Positions 1 to 14,228 of a stretch of 64,000 bases of DNA are shown one piece after another (the stretch's first letter is position 1; every line of letters begins with the position of its first letter). Made by a program: the position numbers and the translations under genes. The notes beneath the pieces were generated by a model. That model had not been told where the DNA came from and searched no databases. It saw nothing but the letters and a program-made list of their open reading frames with translations. Location: assembly GCF_009914755.1 (NCBI RefSeq), contig NC_060942.1; one strand, 5' to 3'. Origin of the DNA: the human T2T-CHM13v2.0 reference genome, Homo sapiens.

Positions 1-295
1 TAGAGGAAAGCCCAATGTTTCAAGACCTCTTCAACCTGCAGTGAGGAAGGAATGCACCAGTTCAGAGCAAAAGGTGGGCTCATTTCCATCCATACAGTTT
101 TAGGATAGGGCAAAGGGCAGAGAATAGGCACCTCAGCCTAGATCATCTATATCTGACATCCAGGTTCTGGATTCATAACTTCTTGTTAAGCCAGTTTACC
201 TCACCTAGTATTTTTTCTTTTTTGAAAATCAGGAATCAAAGTTTCAGTGTGTCAGATTTGGTCCTGGCTTTCTACAATGTACTCCTAGGCTGAAG

Positions 296-399
296 TCATA
301 AGAAGGGATCATCTCTAATTTTTATCCAATTTCTAACAATTCCAAGTTCATAAGAAGGGATCATGTTTTATTCTCAACCAATTTCTAACAATTCCAAGT
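296..399. repeat. Two-copy 52-bp tandem duplication with a divergent 13-bp core
   Basis: TCATAAGAAGGGATCAT-[13 nt]-CCAATTTCTAACAATTCCAAGT occurs at 296-347 and 348-399. Confidence 0.9.
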
Positions 400-1309
400 G
401 ATATATATACGGGCATTGTCTCTTCAAAATGATATTAGCATATTCATTTCTGTATTCTAAAATATTAAAATGTAAAAATAACACATATATAACAGGTGAC
501 ATTATGAATGTTAATGCTAACCCTCCCACTGCCAAAAATCTACCTTTAAAACTAACATCATACAGGAACATTCTGTTTTATATATATTCCCTCAGCCGAA
601 TCTTGTGCAGACAGTGCTTCAGTTGCAAGCAGATCCTGAAACAATTGTGAATCTGGATGCATTTCATGCTTTACCCCTAAGTTTACTTGTATTTGTGCTG
701 CCCCCTGTAGGCGAGTTTTCAAGCACTGACAGTTGGTTAAACTCACTAAAAACCTCACTGTTAAGGATCTCAAGCAACTTGTGGGGATTATCATTACAAA
801 TCTCAGGTTGAAAATTGATCAATAACATTACCACTTGGAACCATAGCACTTACAGTATGACCATGTGATTCTTCCACCTCAGCCTGACAATATCATATTC
901 TCCAGAGAAATAAGAGGCTGCCAAAGATTTCACCTTCTGCAATTTTGTCATAGCAATCTTCTCCTGTCTCTGTTTCCTATTTTGTGTTTTGTGGTTTCTC
1001 TGAAATTCCCCCTTACTCCACATCTTTCGACTCCTGATTTCTTATCATTGTTGTGACAACAGCTTGCATTTGTATAATGTCTCTTTCTTCTGCAAAACAG
1101 AAAACACAGAAATTATGTGTAAATCTCCAAGAATTCTTGCAACATCATCCATCTGATATGGGGGCAATGAAGAAAAAAAAAAAACAGAAAAACTGAAATT
1201 ATTTGCTCAAGATGGTGCCATAAGAAGCATTCGCTCCCAGAGCCCAAAAGATGTGTGGTGAATAGGAGGCAAACCCTTGCACAGGGGCTCAGGGGGCCAG
1301 GTTCCTATA

Positions 1310-1470
1310 TTGCCCCATTAACTATTTAATCTCTCAGAGCTAATTTCCCTTAAGTAAAAAAAGACAAATTCTCATCTGCCCACCATATACCAATATGGAT
1401 AAAGGTAATAACTATGTAGAAAAAAGGTTTGCAAACCTTTGAGTGATATAAATATGAGCTATTACTGTTT
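1310..1470 (+). mobile_element. Degenerate MIR-family SINE fragment
   Basis: TTTAATCTCTCAGAGCTAATTTCCCT...GCAAACCTTTGAGTGATATAAAT resembles the MIR core and 3' end; heavily diverged. Confidence 0.45.
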
Positions 1471-1841
1471 GTAAATATTGCACCCAAGAATTAAAGATGA
1501 TTTAAGTTTTTCCATGTTGTATGTAAAATCTAAGAGCATCTGCAACAGTTGTCCTTCAGAGAAAGGCAAAAAAAAAAAAAAAGCCGTCGTCTTTTTCACA
1601 TGTATCCATTTCGTTAAATAATTAATTCAAATCATACATATTCCTTTATACACCAATCCAGTTACGCTTTCAAAAAACTTTGATCACTTCTATCAATTTG
1701 TCCTCGTGATATATTTCCTTTGGAAATTTACAAACACACAATGCACAATGTATTTTTCTCTCAGCAGTTTGTTCTGAAAGGCTACTCAAGATTTTAACCA
1801 TTTTATCTCTTTTATTTATAAGTGTGTCCCGTTACCATATA

Positions 1842-2387
1842 CAGTCACATGTTGCTTAATGATAGCATACATTCTGAGAAATGCATTTTTACAGAATTTT
1901 ATTATTTCACAAACATCATGAAGGATATTTACAGAAACCTAGAGGGTGTGGTCTATTGCTCCTAAGCTACAAACCTATACAGCATGTTACTGTACTAAAT
2001 ATTGTAGGTAATTATAACACAATGATAAATATTTGTGTAACTAAACAGGAAAGGTAGGACAAAGATATGGTCAAAACAATGTTTAAATGGCACAACTGGA
2101 TAGGACACTTACCATAAATGGAGCTTGCAGGACTGGACGTTGATCTGGATGAGTCAATGAGGGAGAGGTGAGTGAATGTGAAGCCCTGGATATTATTGGA
2201 GACTAATATAGACTTTATAAACACTGTACATCGAGGCTACACTAAATTTATTTTTAAAATAAAGTAATTATGCTATGATGTCACTAGGCAATAGAACTTT
2301 TTCAGCTCTATTACAATCTTATAGGGCCACTGTTGTCATCTATGAGGTCTATCATTTAACAAAACATTGTTTTGTGGTGCATGACCA
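1842..2387 (+). mobile_element. Tigger3/GOLEM-family non-autonomous DNA transposon
   Basis: Starts TA|CAGTCACATGTTGCTTAATGAT..ACATTCTGAGAAATGC; contains CTACAAACCTATACAGCATGTTACTGTACT; ends GTGCATGACCA|TA, a decayed TIR with TA target. Confidence 0.85.
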
Positions 2388-3360
2388 TATTATCAAAAAG
2401 CCAAGTTAATAAAAGACAAAAATACAAAGATCTGCACATGTTGAGTAGAATAAACAAGGGGACACATTGTATGCCATTTTCTTGACTGCTCTGGCTAGGA
2501 GGGGCTTGCAGAGATGCCAACCAATTTCTTCCTTTTACAGGAGTCTGTAGAAACGGAATTATTGGGAATGTGAAGATGGTACAAAAATCTTGGGATTTTT
2601 CTAATCGAAGCATGTGTAGCTCTATTCAGAAATGTTCTACTTTGTACTTTGATATTTTCTCCCTCCCTAATCACACCCACACAAATGAAGCCTATCATCA
2701 TAGGCTTGATTGAACCTGCATCATATATTTTTGAGAAAATATTTTGGAAATGGTGACAATTTCATACAATCACCTAGATGTTTGTATCTATAGAAATCTG
2801 AAGCACTGTCTGAAGGAAAAACAAAGATAACCAGATGACTTCCTTGTTTATTATCATGTAATCAGCTATTTTATAATAATCATAATTTTTTCCTTAGTCT
2901 CCTTTCAATAATTTATTGAGGAAAAATGCCTATAACAAGCCCCAAATTGCTCCCAGCTCCCCAAATAATATCACAGCTTCTATCTCAAAAATTACATAAG
3001 AGAATGATTATCAAAAAATTAAAATTTGACATTAAATGGCCCTAAGGGCAATAGATACTACTTAAAGAGATTTTTAAAAATATATTAGTACATGGAAGTA
3101 AAGCTTTAAAATTACTTGATATACTCAAAAGGGATATTATAATAGTTAGTGCCCCAAATGAAAATGAAAGAATATGAATCTAGGTCTATGTCTTTATTTT
3201 AAAAAATAATAGTTTATAAGCTGATTGAAATAAGTATGGATGTATCTGTCCACAGTCCATGTGAAATCAAGTTCTAATAAAATGTTGCAGAAAACAATAC
3301 TTGTTACAAGCTCAAGGGAAAGCAAACTCAGCAAACATGAAGAAAAGTTCTGGCATACTA

Positions 3361-3442
3361 TTATGTTGGTGCAAAAGTAATTGCAGTTTTTAAAATTTGC
3401 CATTAAAATGGCAAAATCACAATTACTTTTGCACCAACCTAT
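3361..3442. mobile_element. MADE1 (Hsmar1-derived MITE), palindromic
   Basis: GTTGGTGCAAAAGTAATTG...CAATTACTTTTGCACCAAC inverted repeats, about 80 bp, flanked by TA. Confidence 0.95.
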
Positions 3443-3711
3443 TAGGTAGGTTACACAGATGCTGTTACCATCAGCACTGTAATAGAATCCAAGCTGATCT
3501 GTTCTTTTGTTTCTTTTTTCTGGGAGTTGGATGGGGGTAGAATGGAAACAGTCAATGAACATGGCCATAACATTAGAGTGATGCCTTTTAATATGAATAT
3601 AGCTATACTTCTGTTTATGTCCCACCCTGTTGGTGAATGAATCAAAGCCTGTCCCATTCTGGAGGCAGTGATACATTAAACTCTTACATTAATCAACTTT
3701 CTTTCAAAAGA

Positions 3712-5313
<1,602 letters not shown>

Positions 5314-5374
5314 AAATGTGCAATGGGTATCAGGAAACATATATCAGTTCTTTTATTTTAAGCTGCTATATATT

Positions 5375-8300
5375 ATTATTGTAGTTACTACTTTAATTGT
5401 TAGCTTCAGGGGTACATGTGTAGGTTTGTCATATAGGCAAATTGCATGTCACAGGGGTTTGGCATACAGATTATTTCATCATCCAGGTAATAAGCATAGT
5501 TTCTCATAAATAGTTTTTAGATCCTCTCTCTTCCCATGCTCTACCCTTAAGTATGCCTCAGAGTCTATTGTGTTTCCTGTTTGTATCCATGTGTACTCAA
5601 TGTTTAGCTTCCACTTATAAGTGAGAACAGGTGGTATTTTGTTTTCTGTTTCTTTTAGTTAGCTTAGAATAATAGCCTCCAGCTGCATCCATGTTGTTGC
5701 AAAGGACATGATCTCATTGTTAATGGCTGCGTAATATTCCATAGTGTGTATGTACCACATTTTCTTTATCCAGTCTATATTGATGAGGATTAAGTTGATT
5801 CCATGTCTTTGCTATTGTGAAGAGTGCTGCAATGAACATATTCATGCATATGTTTTTTGCTAGAATGATTTATTCCTATGGGTATATACCCAAGAATAAG
5901 ATTGCCAGGTTGAATGATAATTCTGTTTTGAGTTCTTTGAGAAATTGCTACATTGCTTTCCACAATGGCTGAACTAATTTTATTCCCACCAGCAGCGTAT
6001 AAGCATTCCCTTTTCTCTACAGCATTGCCAGCATCTGTTATTTTTTGACTGTTTAATAATTGCCATTTTGACTGGTGTGAGATGGTACCTGTGATGGTTA
6101 ACATTGTCAATTTGATCAGATTGAAGGGTGCAAATTATTGTTTTTGGCTGTGTTTGTGAGGGTGTTTCCAGAAAAGATTAACATTTGAGTTCGTGGCCTG
6201 GGAGAGGAAGACCCACCCTCAATGTGGGTGGGCAGCATCCAATCAGCTACCAGCATGGCTGGAAAAAACAGGCGGAAGAAAGTAAAATATCTGGCTTGCT
6301 GAGTCTTCTAACTTTCATTTTTCTCCTGTGCTGGGAACTTCCTGTCCCTGAACATCAGACTCCAGATTCTTCAGCCTTTGCACTCTTGGACTTACACCAG
6401 TGGTTTGCCAGGGGCTCTTGAGCCTTTGGCCACAGACGGAAGACCACACAGTTGGCTTCCCTAATTTTGAGGCTGTGGGACTCAGACTGAGCCACTACTG
6501 GCTTCCTTGCTCCTCAGCCTGCAAATGACCTATTGTGGGATTTCTTTACCTTGTGATCCTGTGAGTTGATTCTCCTTAGTAAACTCCGTTTCATATATAC
6601 ATATATCCTATTAGTTGTGTCCCTCTGGAGAACCCTAATACAGTACCTTATTGTGGTTTTGATTTGTATTTCTCTAATGATTAGTGATTTTGAACATTTC
6701 TTCATATGCCTGTTATCGACATGCATGTCTTCTTTTGAAAAGTGTCTGTTCACATGCTGCCGACTTTTTAATGGGGTTGTTTGCTTTATACTTGTAAATT
6801 TGTTTAACTTCCTTATAGATGCTGGATATTACACTTTTGTCAGATGAACAGTATGTGAATATTTTCTCCCATCCTGTAGGTTGTCTGTTTATGCTGTTGA
6901 TAGTTTTGTTTTGCTCTGCAGAAGCTCTTTAGTTTAATTAAGTGCCACTTGTCATTTTTGTTTTTGTTGCAATTGCTTTTGGCATCTTCATTGTGAAGTC
7001 TTTGCCAAGATCTATGTTCAGAATGATATTTCCTAGGTTATCTTCCAAAGTTTTTATAACTTTACGTTTGACACTTAAGTCTTTCATCCATTTTGAGTTT
7101 ATTTTTATATATGGTGTAATGAAAGGGTCCAGTTTTAATATTTTGCATATGGCTAGCCAGTTATCCCAGCATCAATTATTGAATAGGGAGTCCTTTCCTC
7201 ATTACTTATTTTTGCCAACTTCGTCATAGACAGTTTGTTATAGGTGTCTGACATTATTTCTGGGCTCTCTATTCTATTCCTTTGGTCTAAATGTCTGTTT
7301 TCATACCAGTACTATGCTGTTTTGGTTACTGTGGCCTTGTAGCATAGTTTGAAGCCAGTAACAAGACACTTCGAGCTTTGTTATTTTTGCTTATAATTAC
7401 CTTGGCTATTCAGGCTCCTTTTTTGCTTTTATATGAGTTTTTAAATAGTTTTTTCCTAATTCCGTGAAGACTGTCATTTGTAGTTTGATAGGAATAACAT
7501 TGAATCTCTAGATTGCTTTGGGAAGTATGGCTATTTTAACAACATGGATCCTTCCTATCCATGAGCATGGAATGTTTGTCCAATTCTTTACATCATCTCT
7601 GACTTCATTGAGCAGTGTTGCATTATTCTAGTTGTAGAGAACTTAGACCTCACTTGTTAAGCTCTATTCCTAGGTATTTTATACTTTTTATGGCTATTGT
7701 GAATTGAATTGTGTTCTTGATTTGGCTGTCAGTTTGGACATTGTTGGTGTATGGAAATGCTACTGAGTTTTGTACATTGATTTTGTTTTCTGAAACTTTG
7801 CTGAAGTTGTTTAACAGATCTAGAAACCTTTGGGCAGAACCTTGTGGGTTTTCTAGGTATAGAATTGTATCATCTGCAAACAGAGATAGTTTGACATCCT
7901 CTCTTCCCATTTCGATGCCTTTTATTTTTTTCTCTCGCCTGATCTCTCTGGCTATAACTTCCAGTACTATGTTAAATAGGAGTGGTGAGAGTTACCAAAC
8001 TTGCCTTGTTCCAGTTCTCAAGGAGAATGCTTCCAGCTTTTGCCCATTCTGTATGATGTTGACTATTGGTTTGTCATAGATGGCTATTATCATTGAGGAT
8101 TTTTTTACATGAAGGGTTGTTGAGTTTTATCAAATGACTTTTCTGATAATCATATGATTTTTTAAATTTTAGTTCTGTTTATGTGATGAATCACATTAAT
8201 TTGCATATCTCGAACCAACTTTGCATCAAAGGGGTAAAGCCTACTTGATCATAGTGGAATAGCTTTTTCACGTACTGCTGGATTTGGTCTGATAGTATTT

Positions 8301-8785
8301 TGTTGAAGATTGTTGCTTCTGTGTTCATCAAGGATATTCCATGATGTTTTCTTTTTCTGTTGTGTTTCTGCCTTTCTTCCAGGTTTTCCCATCAGGATGA
8401 TGCTGGCTTCAGAGAATGAGTTAAAGAGGACTTCCTCCTCCTCAATTTTATGGAATAGTTTCAGTAGGAATAGTACCAGCTCTTCTTTATACATCTGGTA
8501 GAATTCAGCTGTGAATCTGTCTGGTCCTGGGCTTTTTTCCAGTTGGAAGGCTTTTTATTACTGATTCAATTTTGGTATTCACTATTGGTCTGTTCAGGGA
8601 TTCAATTTTTTCCTGGTTAACTCTTAGGAGGTTGTAAGTTTCCAGGAATTTGCCTATTTCTTCTAGATTTTCCAGTTTATGTGCAGAGAGGTGTCAGTAG
8701 TAGACTCTAAGGGTTTTTTTTGAACTTCCATGGAGTTGATGGTAATGCCCCTTGTCATTAAAGATTGTGTTTATTTGGATATTCT
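5375..8785 (-). mobile_element. 5'-truncated older L1 (L1PA15/16-L1PB-like), interrupted by an MLT2A LTR
   Basis: Antisense 3'UTR at ~5400; minus-strand ORF2 remnants ([14 protein letters not shown] at 7650-7910; [12 protein letters not shown] at 8249-8494). Confidence 0.85.
6090..6642 (+). mobile_element. MLT2A (ERVL) solo LTR
   Basis: TGTGATGGTTAA...GAGAACCCTAATACA with TG..CA ends and a perfect 5-bp TSD GTACC (6085-6089, 6643-6647). Confidence 0.93.
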
Positions 8786-8794
8786 TTTTTTTTT

Positions 8795-11700
8795 TACATT
8801 AATTAACTATTCTCACTTTCCCCCCATTCCTCATTATCCTTCTCAGCCTCTGGTAACCATTCGTCTACTCTCCACCTTCATGAATTCAATTGTTTTAATT
8901 TTTAGCTCCTAAAAATAAGTGAGAACATGCAAAGTTTGTCTTTCTGAGCCTGAGATTATTTCACTTAAAATGATGAAATCCAGTGCCATCTATGTTGTTG
9001 CAAATCATAGGGTCTCATTATTTTTTATGGATTAATAGCACTCTATTATGTATATGTACATTTTCATTATCCACTCATCTGTTGATGGACACAAGTTGCT
9101 TCCAAATCTTGCCTACCGTGAATAGTGCTGCCATAAACATGGGAGTACAGACATCACTTCAATATACTGATTTCTTTTTTTTGGTGGGGCGGGGGGGTGG
9201 GTATATACCCATAAGTGGGAAGGCTTGATCATATGGTAGCTCTATTTTTAGTTTTTCGAGGAAACTTTATACTGTTCTCCATAATAGTATTAATTTACAT
9301 TCCCATCAATAGCATATGAGGATTCTCTTTTATACACATCCTCACCAATATTTTTTATTGCCTGCCTTTTTGATAAAAGCCATTTTAACTGGGGAGAGAA
9401 GACATCTCTTTGTAGTTTTGATTTGCATTTATCTGATAATGAATGATGTTGTGCACCTTTTCATATACGTATTTGCCATTTGTATGTCTTTTGAGAAATA
9501 TATATTCAGATCTTTTGTACACTTTTAAATCACATGGTTAGATTTTTTTCTATATACTTGTTTCAGCTCCTTATATATTCTGGTTATTAATACCTTGTCA
9601 GATGGATAGATTCCAAATATTTTCTCCCACTCTATGGGTTGTCTCTTCAATTTTTTGATCATTTTCTTTGCTGTACAGGTTTTTAACTTAATGGGATCCC
9701 ATTTGTCCATTATTGCTTTGTTATCTAGGCTTGTGGAGTATTACTGAAATCATTGCCCACTACAATGTCCTAAAGTTTCTCTTTCTTGCAGTAGTTTCAT
9801 AGTTTGAGGTCTTAGATTTAAGTCTTTAATAAATTTTGGCTTGATTTTTGCATATGGTGAAAGATACGGGTCTAGTTTTATTTTTAGACATACGAGTAAC
9901 CAGTTTTCTTAGCACCATTAACTGAAGAGAGTATCCTTTCCCCAGTGTATGTTCTTGCCACATTTGTAAAAAATTTCACTGTAAATGTATGGATTCATTT
10001 CTGGGTTCTCTATTCTGTTTCATTGCTCCATATGTCTGCTTACATGTCAGTACCATGATGTTGTGGTTACTATAACTCTGTAATATAATTTGAACTCAAG
10101 TAATGTGATGCTTGCAGTTTTGTTCTCTTGCCCCAGATGGCTTTGGCTATTCTGGGTCTTTTGGGGTTCTATGTAAATTTTAGGATTTTTTTTTTCTACT
10201 TCAAGAATGTCATTGGTTTTTTGACAGGGATTGCATTGAATCTGTAGATTGCTCTGGGTAGTTGGACATTCATCAATATTTATTGTTTCCATTGTAGAAA
10301 GCTTTTACTTCTTTGATTAATTCCTTGGTATTGTTTTTTGTTTGTAGCTATTGAAAGTGGGATTTCTTTTGCAGATTGATTGCTGTTGGCATATACAAAT
10401 GCTACTTGTTTTTGAATGTTGATCTTGTATCCTGCAACTTTACTGAATTTATCAGTTCTAATTTTTTTTTGGTGGAGTGTAGTCTATGCTCTCACTTCTA
10501 TACTATAAAAAATATCTGAAACTAGGTAATTTATAAAGAAAATATGTTTAATTGGCTCATGATCTCACAGGCTGTACAGGAAACATGACAGCATTTTTGC
10601 AAATTCTGAGGAGGTCTCAGGAAACTTACAATTATGGCAGAAGGCAAAGAGGGAGCTATAACTTCACATGGCTAGAACAGGAGAAAGAGAGGCAGGTGGT
10701 GTTACACACTTCGAAACAACCAGATCTCACAATAATTCACTCAGTATCACAAGATTAGCACCAAAGGGGAAATTCTCACCCATGATTCAATTACCTCCTA
10801 CCAGGCTCCATCTCCAAAACTGAGGATTATAATTTGACATGAGATTTGGGCAGGGTCACAGATCCAACCCATATCATGGAGTCTTTAGGTTTTTAAAAAT
10901 ATAAGATTGTATCATCTGCAAACAATAATAATTTGACTTTGTTCTTTCCAGTTTGGGTGCTCTTTATTTCTTTTCCTTGTCAGAATGCTATAGGTAGAAC
11001 TTTCAGTACTATCTTGAATGACAGTGAGCATCTTTGTGTTCCAGACCCTAGAGGAAAGGCCTTCAGTGTTTCCCTATTTGGTATGATACTAGCTGTGCAT
11101 CTGTCATAAATGGCTTTTATTATGTTGAGGTATATGTCTTCTTCAATACCCAGTGTTTTGAGGGGTTTTATCATAAAGGGATATTGAATTTTATCAAATG
11201 TTTTCTCAGCATCAATTAAAATGATCATATTGTTTTGTCTTTCATTATGTTGATATGACGTATCACATTGATTGATTTGCATATGTTGACCCAAACTTTA
11301 TCCCTGGGATAAATCCCACATGGTCATAATGAATGATCTTTTTAATGTGTTGTCAAATTTATTTTGTGGGCATTTTGTTGGAGATTTTGCATCATTATTC
11401 ATCAGGGACATTGGCCTGTAGTATTTTTTTATGTGTCTGTGGTTTTGATATCAGATTAATACTGGCCTCATAGAATGAGTTTGGAAGTGTTTCTATCTCT
11501 TCTGGTTTTTGGAGTAGTTTTTGGGATTAGTTATTTAAATGTTTGGTAAGATTCAGCATTGAAGCTCTTGGATCCCAGGCTTTTCTTTGTTGAGAGATTT
11601 TATTATAGAATCAATCTCATTACTTGTTATTGGTCTATTCAGGTTTTGGGTTTCTTCATGGTTCAATCTTGGTAGGTTGCATATGTCTAGAAAATCATCC

Positions 11701-14228
11701 ATTTCTTCTTAATTTTTCATTATATTGTCATATAGTTGCTCATAGTAGCCACTAATGATTTTCTGAATTTCTTTAGTATCAGTTTTAGTGTTTCCTTTTT
11801 CATCAATAATTATGTTTATTTGGGTCTCTTCTTGTTTTTTTAGTTAATCTGGCTAAAGGTTTGTTAATGTTGTCTATCTTTTTAGAAAACTAACTTTTTA
11901 TTTCATTGTTTTTTGTATTTTCATATCAATTTTATTTATGCTCTGATATTATTTACTAATTATTGATTTGGTTTGTTTTTGCTTTTCCAGTTATTTAAGA
12001 TGCATTGTTAGGTTATTTATTTGAAGTTATTTTACTTTTTTGATGTAGGCACTTATAGATATAAACTTTGCTCTTAGTACTGCCCTCACTGTATCTCATA
12101 GGTTTGGATATGTTTTGTTTCCATTATCATTTGTTTCAAGAAACTTTTCAATTTTATTTTTAATTTCTTCGTTGACCCACTGGTCATTTAGGGGCATATT
12201 GTTTAATTTGCATGTGTTTGTGTAGTTTCAAAAATTCCTCATTATCAATTTCTAGTCTTACTGCACTGTAACCAGAGAATATGATTGATGTTATTTCAAT
12301 TTTTTGAATTTAAGACATGTTTTGTGTACTAACATGTGGTCTTTTTTTGAGAATGAACCACATGCTGAAGAGAAGAATGTGTGTTCTGCAGTCACAAAAT
12401 AAAATGTTTGTCAAGATCTATTAGGTTCATTTGATCTATAATGCAGATTAAGTCTGATGTTTCTTTGTTGATTTTTTAAATTGGAAATCTGTCCAATGCT
12501 GAAAGTGATGTGTTGTCATCTCCAGCTATTATTATATTGGGGCCTATCTCTCCCTTTATCTCTAATAATATGTGTTTTCTATATATGGGAGCTACATTGT
12601 TGGGTGCATATATATTTACTATTGTTATATCCACTTGCTGAATCGACCCCTTTATCATTATATAGTAACTTTCTTTGTCTCTTTTTATAGTTTTTTACTT
12701 GAATCTATTATTTCTTATATAAGTATAGCTACTCTGTCTCTTTTTTGATTTTCATTGTTATGGAATATCTCTTCCCATCTCTTTATTTTCAGTCTGTGTG
12801 TGTCTTTATAGATCAAGTGTGTTTCTTGTAGGCAACAGATCACTGGGTCTTCTTTTTTAATCCATTCTGCCATTTTATATCTTTTGATCAGAGAAATTAG
12901 TTCATTTACATTCAACTTTATTATTGATAAGTGAGAACTCTTAATCCTGCCATTAAAAGAAAATAACCATTTTCTTCTGGTAATTTTGTGGTCTTCTCTT
13001 CCTTCTTTCCTTCCTTCTTTTCAATGAAGGTGATTTTCTCTGGTGGTATGATTTGATTTCTTACTTTTTATTTTTTGTGTATCTGTTGTAGGGTTTTTAA
13101 TTTGACATTACCATGAGGTTTGCAAATACTATCTTATATCCTACTATTTTAAACTGAAGACAACACATATTGCATAAACAAATGAACAAACAAGCAAAAA
13201 AAAACTAATAAAAACTCTACACTTTATCTCTCCCCTTTTTAATTTTGGCTGTTTCTCTTATATCTTATTATGCTGTCTATGCTTGAAAAGTTGTTGTAGT
13301 TATTATTTTGCTTGGTTAATCTTTTAGTTTTTCTACTTAAGAGTAGTTTACACACTAAAATTACAGTGTTATAATATTCTGTTTTCCTGAGTACTTACTA
13401 TTTACAGTGAACTTTATACTTTCAGATAATTTCTTATTGCTCATTAATGTTCTTTACTTTTTGATTGAAGAACTCCTTTTAGTGTTTCTCATAGGACAAG
13501 TCTGGTGTTGATAAAATACCTCAGATTTTGTTTGTCAGGAAGTCTTTATTTCTCCTTCATGATTGAAGGATATTTTTGCCAGATACATTCTGTGTTAAGA
13601 GATGTTTCCCTCAGCAAGTTAAATATGTCATGCCACTCTTGCCTGGCCTTTAAACTTTCCAGACATATTGCAGCTCCTTTGTGAGTTATTTGTTTCTTTC
13701 ATTTTGTTGCTTTTAGAATCCTTCTTTATCCTTGACCTTTGGGAGTTTGATTATTAAATGTCTTGAGGTAGTCTTCTTTGAGTTAAATCTGCTTAGTGTT
13801 CTATAAACTTCTTGTGCTTGAATGTTAATATATTTTCTTCAGTTTGGGAAGTTCTCTGTTATCTCTTTGAAAAAACTTTCTACCCCTATCTCTTTCTCTA
13901 CCCCTTCCCATAATGGGTTAACCCATAAATTGTTAAGGCCAATAACTCTAAGATTTGATCTTTTGAGAGAATTTTCTAGATCTTGTAAGTGTGCTATATT
14001 CTTATTTTTTTTAATCTCCTCTGACTGTGTATTTTCAAATACCCTCTCTTCAAGGTCACTAATTATTTATTCTGCTTAATCAATTCTGCCAATAAGGGAT
14101 TCTGATGCCTTCAGTATGTCAGTTGCATTTTACAACTCCAGAATTTTTGCTTGATTCTTTTTAATGATTTCAATCTCTTTGTTAAATATATCTAATTGAA
14201 TTATGAATTCCTTTTCTGTGTTATCTTA
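8795..14228 (-). mobile_element. L1MA-type element, 3'UTR through ORF2 into ORF1 (5' part continues at 15889-17538)
   Basis: L1MA-style 3'UTR; minus-strand ORF2 remnants including the EN domain (NVNELISLIKR..ICCLQETH at 12715-12915). Confidence 0.85.
10478..10876 (-). mobile_element. MST-family (MaLR) solo LTR
   Basis: TGTAG..GGTAATTTATAAAGAAAA..CCCATATCA; 5-bp TSD TGGAG (10473-10477, 10877-10881). Confidence 0.9.

Noticed and set aside
296-399. Repeat-spacer-repeat layout resembling a CRISPR array
   Set aside because: Only two units, primate context, and no cas genes.
3194-3676. 160-aa minus-strand ORF
   Set aside because: It runs through a MADE1, shows no recognisable domain, and is likely a chance ORF.
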